Below are positions 13,068-26,310 of a stretch of 64,000 nt of DNA, piece by piece. How positions within the stretch are numbered: the first letter of the stretch is position 1; every line of letters starts with the position of its first letter. Source of the DNA: Octopus vulgaris (Eukaryota); contig OX597830.1 of assembly GCA_951406725.2 (NCBI GenBank), forward strand, positions 32,922,001 through 32,986,000, read 5' to 3'. Under the pieces are notes generated by a model that searched no databases, was not told where the DNA came from, and saw nothing but the letters and a program-made list of their open reading frames with translations. The translations under genes were made by a program, and so were the position numbers.

Positions 13068-13462
13068 TCTTTATATATAAAAGTGAAGTTGTGTGTCTGT
13101 CTCCTACGATTTAGATTCCTAACTACTCCCACATTTTGCGGTGCAGTGTAATCAAAAGCGGGTATCTTATAGTCGTGATTCATATCGAGCCATTCTGGGT
13201 ATTAGTGTGCGTCTATGATGAGTCTACGATTTAAAAAAAAATTTACCATCATTTTTTCCCATTTTTAATGCATTTTTTTGCTATTATATAAGGGAAGTAA
13301 ATCTCTAAAAATGTATTATTAAATCTCAGAACGTAAAAAGCTACAGTAACACCCCCCTTTGTGGTTAGCCATATTGAGATGGCTATTATACTTTACATCT
13401 CTAAAAATGCTTATATAGTTATTTCCCTTACAAACCCGAGCAATGCCGGGCGATACTTCTAG
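13068..13462 (+). mobile_element. Non-autonomous Helitron-type element (395 bp)
   Basis: Begins A|TCTTTATATATAAAA. Ends with the subterminal hairpin CCCGAGCAATGCCGGG (13435-13450) followed by CTAG|T. Inserted between A and T with no TSD. Confidence 0.8.
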
Positions 13463-13510
13463 TTAGTTATAACTCTTTATGAAGAATATCTTAAATTTTA
13501 AAATGATCAA

Positions 13511-13524
13511 TCATCATCATCATC

Positions 13525-13575
<51 letters not shown>

Positions 13576-13788
13576 GTTTAACGTCCGTTTTCCATGCTGG
13601 CATGGGTTGGACCGTTCGACTGGGGTCTGTGAAGCCAGGAGGCTGCACCAGGCCCCAATCTGATCTGGCAGTGTTTCTACAGCTGGATACCCTTCCTAAC
13701 GCCAACCACTCCGAGAGTGTAGTGGTTCTTTCTACGTGCCACCGGCACAGGGGCCAGAGGAGCTGGCATCGACCACGATTGGATGGTA
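13511..13788 (-). mobile_element. RTE-LINE 3' end with long (GAT)n tail
   Basis: (CAT)n-CGTTTAACGTCCGTTTTCCATGCTGGCATGGGTTGG... Confidence 0.85.
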
Positions 13789-14674
13789 CTATCAGTAGAA
13801 AACATATTCTTTGACAATTGGATTGAGTTTTATGAGTTCTATTTCTTTAATCAATCTTCTAGACCAAATTAAGTTTATAAGAGAGATAGGGCATACTTCC
13901 TTGAAATGATAATTGTATTAATTATATCAGCCTCCATTCAGAGCTGGTGCTGAGAAATGTGATGCCCAATTAGAGAATTGTCAGTGGGACCCTCTACTCT
14001 ACAGAATCTGAAGATTGATGTTTTATGCTTTGTGTAGGTCGCTAAGCCCAACTAAAGAGTGTTGAGGGCTTGAGGCTCCACCGTCAGTTACAAGGACTTA
14101 CTAAAAATTCAGTGTAGCGTTTTCTGCTTGAGCGTGTGCATGGGGGTCCTCTCTTGGTGTGGGTCCCAATTTGAAGAAATCTGTCTAAATGACTTCAAAC
14201 CAGTTCTGAACCCATTATTTGGAGGATGGCTGAATGACAAGTCAAATCTGTACCAAAAAAAAAAGAAAAAACCATGCGCAACAGACAAGCTTTATATGGT
14301 TCGACGAACTGGATAGTGTAGACAAAATATGGAGGCCAGCAACCTGAATTCTTAGATTATCTTTGCAACAGTTGTGGCTTCTTTATATATGGCTTTCTGA
14401 AACGGGAAAAAAAAAATGAATAAATAAAAATAAAATAAAACAATAAAACATAAAACCAATTGTTAAAATATTCCTTTGCAAGGAAAGGGTGTTAAAAAAA
14501 AAATAGAGAAGAAAAAAAAAGACATTATTTCTGATAGATGTAAGAATTGTTATACTTACTATGATAAAAAATAAAATTAATGAAACACATAAGTTACAAG
14601 AACTGCAAGAAGCAGAACTCATTCTACTATCTGCCAACAGTGTATTATTACTACTACTACTACTACTATTATTA

Positions 14675-14739
<65 letters not shown>

Positions 14740-15496
14740 TTCTTGTTTTACTTTCCAGGATTAATTTATTTTATTTTGTTGTTGGTTTTCTTCATTTCTC
14801 ATTTTTATATATTTAATTGCTTATTTTCCGTTCCTTTTTTTTTTTTGTCATCTTACATCTCATTTTATTTATTTCCTTATCACCCTCTCATCTCTTTTTC
14901 TCTCTTCTTGGTGCTGAGGTTCAAAATGATACAGAGAAAGATTTGTAAAATTTCTTTTTTTTTCTCTCTCTTTTTTTTTTTTTTTTTAGCTGTTTTCAGA
15001 AATATTTTGGATATAAATAATGAAAGCAGTTTTATTTGTTGAGTTGAGTGAAAAAAAAAAAGCAAAAAAAAAAGAACATAAAAATAGTTCCTTTCCATTC
15101 TACAATACTAATGGTCTTGACATATCACGTAGGTCACATTTCTTTAATTGGGACAGAAGAAATTCTAAAGAAAATCGGCATTAAAACAAAAAAATTGAAA
15201 AATAAAAAAGCGCATTAAAAAATTGTCTGAAGAACTAACAACAAAATCTAAATCTGACATGATTTAATATATATATATATATATATATATGCATATGCAT
15301 ATATGAGTGTATGTGTGCACGTATCTATGTATGTATTATCTATGTATGTATGTAAGTGCATACATTTCTTTAGTTTTGGTTTTATTTTAAAAATTTCTCA
15401 CCAGTGGAGAGAAAGCTAGTTTCTAACCTAGAAACAAGACAACTTTTATTGTCGTCTATATGACATCAAACAGAATAGTCTTATATATATATATGT

Positions 15497-15815
15497 GAGG
15501 GCGCGTGGCTTAGTGGTTAGGGCATTCAGCTCATGATCGTAGGGTTGTGAGTTCGATTCCCGGCGACGCGTTGTGTCCTTGAGCAAGACACTTTATTTCA
15601 CGTTGCTCCAGTCCACTCAGCTGGCAAAAATGAGTTGTACTTGTATTTCAAAGGGCCAGCCTTGTCACTCTCTGTGTCACGCTGATTATCCCCGAGAACT
15701 ACGTTAAGGGTACACGTGTCTGTGGAATGCTCAGCCATTTGCATGTTAATTTCACGAGCAAGCTGTTCCGTTGATCGTATCAGCTGGGACCCTCGTCGTC
15801 GTAACCGGCGGAGTC
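15497..15815 (+). mobile_element. SINE family C, full length (tRNA-derived)
   Basis: A-box TGGCTTAGTGG (15506), B-box GAGTTCGATTCC (15549), central GTGTCCTTGAGCAAGACACTTTATTTCACGTTGCTCCAGTCCACTCAGCTG domain. CpG-rich and flanked by (TA)n. Confidence 0.85.
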
Positions 15816-15848
15816 TTTAAAATATATATATATATATATATATATATA

Positions 15849-16092
15849 CTCTCTCTTTACTCTTTTACTTGTTTCAGTCATTTGACTGTGGCCATGCTGG
15901 AGCCCTGCCTTTAGTCAAGCAAATCGACCCCAGGACTTATTCTTTGTTAGCCTAGTACTTATTCTATCGGTCTCTTTTGCCAAACCGCTGAGTTACGGGA
16001 ATGTAAACACACCAGCATCAGTTGTCAAACGATGTTGGGGAGACAAACACACACACAAACATATACACACACATACATACATATATATACAT

Positions 16093-16137
<45 letters not shown>

Positions 16138-16306
16138 AATATATACGATGGGCTTCTTTCAGTTTCTGTCTACCAAATCCACTCACTAAGCTTTGGTCAG
16201 TCCGAGGCTATAGTAGAAGACACTTGCCCAAGGTGCCACGCAGTGGGAATGAACCCAAAACTATGTGGTTCATAAGCAAGCTACTTGCCACAGTGCCACT
16301 CCTTTG

Positions 16307-16310
<4 letters not shown>
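15849..16310 (-). mobile_element. SINE A, full length
   Basis: Reverse-complement match to SINE A, with an expanded internal (TA)n. Confidence 0.9.
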
Positions 16311-16339
<29 letters not shown>

Positions 16340-16681
16340 TTGTGTGTATGGATATATGTATACACTTTTATGTATGTTCATATGTACAGACAGGCTTGGG
16401 TATGGATGGAGTTGCTTGTATTAGTCTTACTACATACTGAATTTCATGAATGTTTCACATATTTTAACAGTACCTTTGCCAACTTGGCACTGTTATCTTC
16501 TGATTAGGCATATTCTTTCCAGTTTTGTGAATCCCATCGCTAAACATTAATACTGAGGCACTAGAATATGTGTTCCAACAAACTGTAACTTAGTGATTCA
16601 GCAAAAAGAATAAGTCGTGGGGTCGATTTCTTTAACTAAAACCCTTTAAGGCCATGCTCTAGGATGGCTGCATTCTGTTGA

Positions 16682-17377
16682 CCATGCTGGTATGGGTTGG
16701 ATGGTTTGACTGAGCTGGTAAACTAGAAGGCTGTACCAGACACTAGTCTGATTTGACATGGTTTCTATGGCTGGATGCCCTTCCTGACACCAATCACTCC
16801 AAGAGTGTAATGGGTGTTTTTATGTGGCATCAGCATGGGTGCCATTTGCGTTACACCAGTATCTGCTATGACTGTGATTTTGCTCAGCTTGATGGGTCTT
16901 CTTCTCAAGCATGACATAATGCTAAAGGTCTTGGTCATTGCCTCCGTGAGGCCCAACGCTCAGAAGGAACTCAATTACTTTGCCTCCATGAGGCCCAACT
17001 CTTGAAAGGAACTCAACTACTTTGCCTCCTTGAGGTCCATCACTCAAAAGGAACTCAGCCACTTTGCCTCCATGATGCCCAACTCTTGAAAGGAACTCAA
17101 CTACTTTGCCTCCTTGAGGTCCATCACTCAAAAGGAACTCAGCCACTTTGCCTCCATGATGCCCAACTCTTGAAAGGAACTCAACCACTTTGCCTCCATG
17201 AGGCCCAGCACTAGAAAGGAACTCAACCACTTAGCCTCCGTGAGGCCCAGCACTCAAAATGTGCCCTTTACGTGCCACCAGCAAGGGTGCCAGTTATGTG
17301 ATACTAACATCAGCCATGACTACGATTTCCCTTGGATTGATGGGTCTTCGGCAGCACAGCATATCACCAAAGGTCTT
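16682..17377 (-). mobile_element. Tandem RTE 3' ends enclosing a 42-bp minisatellite
   Basis: RTE ORF-end and 3' UTR segments at about 16840-16940 and 17285-17376 flank the array. The ORF track gives GLTEAMTK, the RTE C-terminal motif. Confidence 0.75.
16940..17257. repeat. 42-bp minisatellite, 7 full units plus a partial unit
   Basis: GCCTCC unit starts at 16940, 16982, 17024, 17066, 17108, 17150, 17192 and 17234. Confidence 0.95.
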
Positions 17378-18232
17378 ATAAAGACTTATAAATAAAAGTA
17401 TTGGGGTCAATTCGTTTGACTCAAAATTCTTTGAGGTAGTGCCCCAGCATGACCACCATCGTATGACTGAGACAAGTGAACAATAAAAGATAGAAGAATA
17501 AAAAAAATGTACGTATTCATGGATTTAATCTGTATGTATAATAAATTTCTATTTGTCATATCATTTTATACAACATTTTAAAGTTCATAGTTGCTTTATT
17601 GGACATACTTTAATATGTTCGGGTTTCATGGATTATGCTCGTCAGTTATAAGTATGTTTTTGTCAAAGATTAAGCAGCCAATGTTTCATTGAAATTCCAT
17701 TGCATCTGTATTTGATGAACACTCTTCTTGACATTGAATAGAAATCTAATAACAGAATTAATGTAGCCATTGTTTATTTCAATTTACAACATTTCAATTA
17801 TTTCCCAACACGACTCACTCTTTTTATGGTCTGGCATATAAATACAATACTAGTTATTGGATTTGTTTTCCCCTTTCTGTTATTTAGAAATTCATTGCTA
17901 CCAGCCCAAGTTCTGCCTTTAGCAGCAGCGGCAGCAGCAGCAGCAGCGGCAGCAGTGGCAGCAGTGGCAGCAGCAACAGCAGCAGCAGCAGTAGTATGTG
18001 TTTATTTTTAGAGTTTTACTTAAATTATATCTACATATGACTGTTTGTGTCATTAATACAGCGTTGGACTTGGTTATGCTTGAACATTATTGTCAACGCC
18101 CAATGCATAAGTGAATTTCATGATGGGGCTCATTTTCCAATTGTCCCATATATATATATATATACACACACACATGCATACATATATATGTATATATATA
18201 TATATGTATATATATGTGTGTGTATATATGTA

Positions 18233-18274
<42 letters not shown>

Positions 18275-18312
18275 CACATAGATACATATATATGTATATA
18301 TATCTATATCTA

Positions 18313-18363
<51 letters not shown>

Positions 18364-18968
18364 ATATATATATATATATATATAGATATAGATATATACA
18401 CATATAAGTACATATTTATGTATAAACATATTTATATGTATATATATATTTATATCTATATAAATATTTACATATATGTACATATATATATATATATATA
18501 TATTTATATATTAATATTGATATACATATATACGAACATACATCCATATATATGTGTGTGGTGTGTGTATGTGTGAGTGTGGTGTTATATATGTCTTTAT
18601 GAATGTTAATATCTGTTTATGTGGATGTGGATGTATAAAATTTTCATTTTTTTTTACTTCCCTTTTATTATTATTATTTTCCTTTTTCTGTTTCTGTTTC
18701 TACAAGCAACTATATGCACTTTAAAGAATTACTCTTTCCATTCTGTTTTGTTTATCAAAGAGAGAAATTAATAAGAATAACAATAACAACTGCTATAATA
18801 ATAATAATGATGATGATGATGATGATGATGATGATAACAAAAATAATAATGATAATAATAATGATTATAACGATAATAATGATGATGATGATGATAATGA
18901 TCATGATCATAATCATGATAATAATAATAATGATAATAGTAGTAGTAGTAATAATCGTAGTAGTAGTA

Positions 18969-19024
<56 letters not shown>

Positions 19025-19283
19025 CATAACAACAACAACAAGAATAATTATCATAATAATAATGATAATATTAAATAATGATAATCACTGACATTCAGAA
19101 CATTCATTGGCGGGGACAATTCTGCCAGCAAACCCATCAGTTTAATTACCAATGTTATTATTAGTATTATTACTATTGTCACCCTCACAACACACACACA
19201 CTCACACACATTTTTTGTTTTGTCCTGTGCTGTCCACAATGTTTTTCTTAATGTAAACCCTTGTGGTTAATAAAGAAATCCTT

Positions 19284-19319
<36 letters not shown>

Positions 19320-19462
19320 CATTCTCTTCAGCTGGTTCTTGCTGCCAAAATTTCAAACTCCACAACCAGTAATAATAATAACAAGTGCAAGATCACTAAT
19401 GGAAATACCACCCACTCTCACAGAACTATTATCTTTATGGTTATTAACGCCCTGATGACAGA

Positions 19463-19900
19463 AGTGGTGGTGGTGGTGGTGGTGATGGTGGTGGCGGTGG
19501 TGGTGACGGTGGTGGTTCTAGTGGTGGAATGCCATTGGTGGTGGTGGTGGTTTTGGTGATGGTGATGGTGGTGGTGGTTGTGATGGTGGTGCTAGGTGGA
19601 TGCCATTGGTTGTGGAAGTGTTGATGGTGATGGTGGTGGGATGATGGTGGTGATGGTGGTGGTTGTGGTGGTGGTGGTTCTAGTGGGGGAATGCCAGTGG
19701 TGGTGGAAGTGTTGGTGGTGTTGGTTCTAGTGAGAGGATGCCAGTGGTGGTGGAAGTGTTGGTGGTGGGGTTATGGGGGTAGTTATGGTGGTTGTGGTGG
19801 TGGTTTTCGTGGGGGGTTGCCATTAGTGGTGAAAGTGTTGGTGATGGTGGTGGTGGTGGTGGTGGTGGTGATGGTAGTGCCGGCAGTGGTACTAGCAGCA
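19463..19900. repeat. (GGT)n-rich low-complexity tract
   Basis: Direct inspection. Confidence 0.9.
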
Positions 19901-20230
19901 GCAACGATGACTACAATGTTGATGATGATGATGATGATGATCATCATCATCATCATCTCAACTTCCTTCTTCACAATTACTACTCCTTCCATCATCACCA
20001 TTGCCAACATCTCTCACATTTAATTATTTTGTTCCCCGATTTCCAGCATCATTATCTTAATCAGCTGCAAAAAGAAAAACCAGCAAGCAGCACCATTTTG
20101 CAGATCATCTGCAATCATCATATTAAGATTATTCTTATCATCATCATCATCATCATCATCATCATAACCACCATCACCATCTTCATCGTCATCATCATCA
20201 TCATCATCCTCATCATCATCATCTTCATCG

Positions 20231-20282
<52 letters not shown>

Positions 20283-20566
20283 CATCGTTATCGCCAGCAT
20301 CACCATTATGTCATCGCCCTTGCGTATCTAATCTCTGACTGTCATCACCCTTGCCTTTCCTAATTACAGATATTTTTCTGATGTAGAATTTTGCTGTTTT
20401 TAGTAACCCTGAAAAAATATATATAAGCTAAATCTAAACAACAACAATAACTCGCTGGTGCTCAACCGAACGGCTTTGATACAAAATGTGGGGGGTGTGG
20501 TAAAAGCAACTGGTCTGTTTCAAAATACTCATAGTCATTGCTGTCATTGTCATTATTATCATATAT

Positions 20567-20945
20567 AGGCACAGGAGTGGCTGTGTGGAAAGTAGCTTGC
20601 TTACCAACCACATGGTTCCGGGTTCAGTCCCACTGCGTGGAACCTTGGGGCAAGTGTCTTCTACTATAGTCTCGGGCTGACCAAAGCCTTGTGAGTGGAT
20701 TTGGTAGACGGAAACTGGAAGAAGACCATCGTATGTTTGAGTGTCTGTGTTTGTCCCTCCAACATCGTTTGATGACCAATGCTGGTGTGTTTATGTCCCC
20801 GTAACTTAGTGATTTGGCAAAAGAGACCGATAGAATAAGTACTAGGCTTACAAAGAACAAGCTCTGGGATTAATTTGCTTGACTAAAGGTGGTGCTCCAG
20901 CATGGCTGCAGTCAAATGACTGAAACAAGTAAAAGAGTAAAAGAG
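20567..20945 (+). mobile_element. SINE A, full length, lacking the expanded internal microsatellite
   Basis: AGGCACAGGAGTGGCTGTGTGG...GGGTTCAGTCCC...AAGTAAAAGAGTAAAAGAG. Confidence 0.9.
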
Positions 20946-21138
20946 ATATATATCATCATTGTCATCCATCAGCAGCATCATCGTCATCATCAGCATCAGC
21001 AGCAGTGGTAGCAGCAGCAATAGCAGCGGCATGATCACTGTCTTCAGTGTCATCATTATCATCATCATCATCACCACCACCACCACCACCACCACCACCA
21101 CCAGCATCATCATCATCATCATCATCACCACCAGTCAT

Positions 21139-21202
21139 TACACTTCCAACCAGTTAAGATCAGAAACAAATGAGAATCACTGTCTGGTATTGCATCAGAG
21201 CA

Positions 21203-21251
<49 letters not shown>

Positions 21252-21491
21252 GTTTTATAATTATTATCATTATTATCATCATCATCAACATCATCATCAT
21301 CATCATCATCATCATTGTCTTCATCATCATCATCATCATCATCATCATTATCATCATTATTTTTATTATTATTATTATTATTATTGAGTGAGAGAGCAGT
21401 TCATGCCATCAAAGTGACACTGGGGTAAAATATACAAAGCCCAATATACCCATCATGACTACACATCTGATAAAGGTACACCAGGCACATG

Positions 21492-21549
<58 letters not shown>

Positions 21550-21745
21550 GTTATCATCATTATTATTATTGAGTGAAAGAGCAGTGCATGCCATCAAAAT
21601 GACACTGGGGTAAAATATAAGAAGCCCAGTAAACCCATCATGACTACCCTTCTGATAAGAGTGCACCACCAAGCACATGCATTGCAGCCATATATGCGCG
21701 ACATGGTGATGTCATATCAAAATAAACAGTGCATGACCTTCCCCA
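21139..21745 (-). mobile_element. Fragments of the R4-associated non-autonomous element (head 21139-21203; 3' ends 21385-21493 and 21570-21742) in (TAA)n
   Basis: Match the 54206-54761 element. Each piece abuts an ATT/ATC microsatellite. Confidence 0.8.
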
Positions 21746-21841
21746 AAAATCCATCCCTTCTTGTGCCTATAGTAGAAAGAATGATTATTATCAACCTCAT
21801 CGTCATCATTATTATTATTATTATTGTTATTATTATTTTTG

Positions 21842-22166
21842 TTGCACAGCTTCTAACGCGGGAGATGTACTACAGTGTCAGCTGTTCACTACCAGTGAAC
21901 TGAGGTAACACCTCTTATTTTTCAAGCACCTTCTGGAGCATTTGATTGGTTCTAAGCAGCGCTGTTTTCTGCAAGTGTTCCACCTCTATTGCAGCCCCTA
22001 TTTGTTCCACGTACTTCTCAAGATTTTTGCTCACTGTTCCCAGGGCTCCGACAATTATTGGTACTACTGCTACCTTTTTCCATCGACCTCAACTGCTTAA
22101 GTTGCCAAGCTAACCTTTCATATCTGTTGACTTTTCTTTCTTCCTTATCGCATACCTTGTTGTCAA
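21842..22166 (-). pseudogene. R4/Dong-type non-LTR retrotransposon 3' end (restriction-like endonuclease C-terminus)
   Basis: DNKVCDKEERKVNRYERLAWQLKQL, frameshift, then VAVVPIIVGALGTVSKNLEKYVEQIG..LQKTALLRT.QMLQKVLEK* (stop at about 21915). Short 3' UTR runs into (TAA)n. Confidence 0.8.
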
Positions 22167-22239
22167 TAATTATCATTATTATTATCATTATTATTGTCAT
22201 CATTATTACTATTACTATCACCATTGTCATCATCATCAT

Positions 22240-22275
<36 letters not shown>

Positions 22276-22650
22276 TATTATTGTTGTTGTTATTTTTGTT
22301 GAAGTGCTTGCTGTTGTGGTTATTACTTATAGTTAGATTATTCAACTGCAGAGAATCAAACTCAGAGACTCGAACTCTCCAATTCATGTTACATGAATAA
22401 ACATAAGACAAAACCAGTTGCACGCTCTCCCCCTTCCTTCCCTCTCTGTCTCTGTCTGTCTGTCTGTCTGTCTCTCTCCCTCTCTCTATCTCTCACCCAC
22501 GTGTATGCATACATGCACACTTACCAATTGATGTAACATCATATTTTTCTCTTCTTCCTAATTGTAATGTGTGAATGAGTCTATGAGAGTGTATATAATA
22601 CACACACACATGCATGCACACACACACATATATATATATACACATACTCT

Positions 22651-22691
<41 letters not shown>

Positions 22692-22765
22692 GTGTGTGTG
22701 TGTGTGTGTGTATTATGGCTTGCATCGAAGGCGGATGTTAAACGATGATGATAATGAAGTGTGTG

Positions 22766-22798
<33 letters not shown>

Positions 22799-22819
22799 AT
22801 ATGTATATATGTATGTATT

Positions 22820-22852
<33 letters not shown>

Positions 22853-23700
22853 TTATATATATAAGTATATATATATTTATATATATATATAAATATATAT
22901 AGAAAGAGAGACAGGGAGGGAGAAGGAGAGAAAGAGAGAATTAAATACATATGGTTGTAAATACTGAGCAATGCAAAAAAAAGGGCAAAAAAGGCAAAAA
23001 GCACACAATATTTGAAATTGTTTTACCAATTTATTTGTCGACACTTTTCGTCATTCCATCTTACTTACAGTTTCATGTCAACATAAAACTGAATAACGAC
23101 AGACACAAAAGCTCAGCTCAGCTTCTGATGAATAAGTAATCACATGTACTTCTCTTCTCTTCTCCGTAACTGTACTGTACGATCATAATATGAAAACCTG
23201 TCGGCTTTTGGTGAATGCATGCACTTTTTGTAATCTCCCCCTCTTTTCTGTTTGCACCACTAAGCAGATCTCTGTGTTATGGGTGAGAAGTACAAGCATT
23301 CAGGTGAAACTGTTTGTAAGCTCGTTCTAATTAATCCTGTATTAGTAATATAATGAATTTTATATTGCTTGCACTACATTATGCTTACCATTAATCTTTC
23401 CAGTTGTTGCTCTAGTGAGTTTCCATTGTTTTTCGTTTGCAGCAGCTTATGCTGTATGTTGTTGTTGTTGCTATTGCAATTGTTGTTGTTGCTGCAGTTG
23501 TAGTTATTGTTCCCATTTTCATTGTCTTAGCTACCCATAGTTTTGTTGGCTGGTTGGTGCTTCTTTTGTTTTGTTTTTAATTGTTGTGTTTTCTTATTGT
23601 TGTTGCTGTTGCTATTTGTTTCTTTTGTTCTAAACTCCTATAATTGTTGCTGTTTTTGTAAATGTGTCTGTCACTGCACCTGTCATTATTATTATTATTA

Positions 23701-23800
<100 letters not shown>

Positions 23801-24029
23801 CATTATTATTATTACTATGTTTATTGTTTTTGTTGCTCTTAAATCATACTTATGTTTCCCTACTCGATAGATATTCAGTCTCGCTCCCTTCCTTATACCT
23901 GTGCCAGCATGCAAACACATGCATGCACACACAAACACACACACACACACACATAGAAGCACACATATACACAAGCAGATTTCTAAAACCCATACAATCA
24001 CTAGTGATATGTGTTTCAGAACGTTGCTC

Positions 24030-24540
24030 TCAATCTCTTTCTCCTCTTTCTCTCTCCTTTTCTCTCTCTTTCTCCCTCTCTTTGTCTCTATCTGTCGGTT
24101 TCTTTCTTTCTCTCACTTTGTCTCTGTATCTCTCTCTCCCTCTCTCTTTTCTCTAGCTGTCTGTCTGTCTCTTTCTCTCACTTTCTCTCTCTTTTTCGCT
24201 CTCTTTGTCTCTGTCTGTCTCTCTTTTTCTTTCATTTTGTCTCTGTCTGCTTGTCTGTCTGTCTCTTTCACTGTTTGTCTGTCTGTCTCTTTCTCTCTCT
24301 CTCACTCTCTCTCTCCCCCTCTGTCACTTTCTCTGTCTGTCTGACTGAGTGTCTGTTTTTCTTTCTCTCTCTCTCTCACTTTGTCTCTGTCTTTGTCAGT
24401 CTATCCCCCTCTCTCTCTCATGCTCTCTGTTTCTGTTTCCCTTTCCTCATTTTCTCTTTGTGTTTGTCTCTCTGCCTCTCTCTCTCTCTCTCTCTCTCTA
24501 TTTGTCTGTCTGTCTGTTCCCCCCTCTCTCACTCTCTCAA
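24030..24540. repeat. (CT)n/(CTGT)n polypyrimidine low-complexity tract
   Basis: Direct inspection. Confidence 0.9.
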
Positions 24541-25108
24541 CAACACTTCACCACACTACTTCCTTTTTTTTACTACCTGTCTCCTCCAATACCTCTTTAC
24601 CTGTTGAACACCCCATCCACATACATGTCCTGTATAGACATTCACCTTCTCAATAAAGTTCAGGATACCCTATCCGCTCACCTTCTACTCAAGGGCCACC
24701 AAGCAGTACCTGCCTAACTTTATTAACCCATCTGCATTAGGTACATCTGCCAAAGAGAAAGAACAAAAGAATGAAATAATTACTTCCTTGTTCTTTTTCT
24801 TTCTCTCTCTCTCTCTCAAACCTTCGTCCAAATATTTTCTACTTTTTATTTATTGCACTGACCTTGTGTTATATTTTTTTGTTCCTTACCCAATCTGTCT
24901 TACTTCTCTTGTTCAAGATGTTTTTAATTGTATGTGCATAACATAATCAACTTATTCGTTAAGAAGGATAAAATTAAAAACAAAAGGTTAAAAAAAAAAA
25001 TCAGTCAGAAATAAAAAAAAGTAACCCTTCACAGCCTCTCAATGAGGGGAAAAAAAAACACCCCAAAAAAAGGAGGCAAAGTTTATAATTAACAAGAATG
25101 TGAAGTTA

Positions 25109-25172
<64 letters not shown>

Positions 25173-25185
25173 TGTATTACGTATG

Positions 25186-25236
<51 letters not shown>

Positions 25237-25263
25237 GTATGTTGTATTACGTATGTATGTATG

Positions 25264-25312
<49 letters not shown>

Positions 25313-25529
25313 CAGATTTTGTGAAAAAATATAATAATAAAAACGGATAAACCTACAATAAACAATACTCAAAGTTAATTAAATTATAAGACAGCCCCTT
25401 TCCATCCACTCACAATAAACTGTCTTTCTTAGTCTTCAAGAATGTGGTAGAACTTTATCATGCGGAAGGGATAAAACACTCTCTCCATAAGGAAAAACAA
25501 AAAAAGACAAAAGAGGAAACCCTTCATTG

Positions 25530-26310
25530 ACACACATTTATGCACGCACACATACAAACACACTTGCACACGCGCATGCATATAAACACACTTACACACA
25601 CACACATGCAAACACACATGCGAACAAACTTACACATATACGCACATACAAACACATACACACATGCATATACAAAACACTTACACACACATGCACATAC
25701 AAACACACTTACACACACACATACAAGCTCACACACACACATACAAACGTGCACATGCACAATACAAACACACATACTAGCAAAATTACACACACACATA
25801 CAAACGTACTTACACGCACACACATACAAACTCACTTACACACATGCACACATATACAAACTCACACATGCACACATACAAACACACATACAAGCAAACT
25901 TACACGTGCACATACACACACACATATAAACACACTTACACACATATACTTACACACACACACACACACACACACACAAAGGTACTTACACGCACACACA
26001 TACAAACTCACACATGCACACATACAAACACGCATACAAGCAAACTTACATGCGCACATACCCACACACATATTAACACACACACACACACATACAAACT
26101 CACTTACATGCACACACATACAAACTCACACATGCACACATACAAACACACATACAAGCAAACTTACACATGCACATACACACACACATATAAACACACT
26201 TACACACACACACATACAAACACACATGCACACACACACACATACATACTCACTCACATGCTTATATACATGCGTACACACACATACACGCTTAACATAT
26301 GCACTCACGT
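25530..26310. repeat. Long imperfect (CA)n-rich tract with internal duplications
   Basis: Direct inspection. Confidence 0.9.

Noticed and set aside
13960-14250. Possible LINE 5' UTR or HDV-like ribozyme
   Set aside because: GC-richer with short inverted matches, but I could not assemble the nested double pseudoknot or link it to an ORF.
15497-15570. tRNA gene
   Set aside because: A and B boxes are present, but the sequence continues into a multi-copy SINE body and I cannot form a complete cloverleaf with acceptor stem.
19680-19904. Proline-rich ORF
   Set aside because: Reverse translation of the (GGT)n tract.
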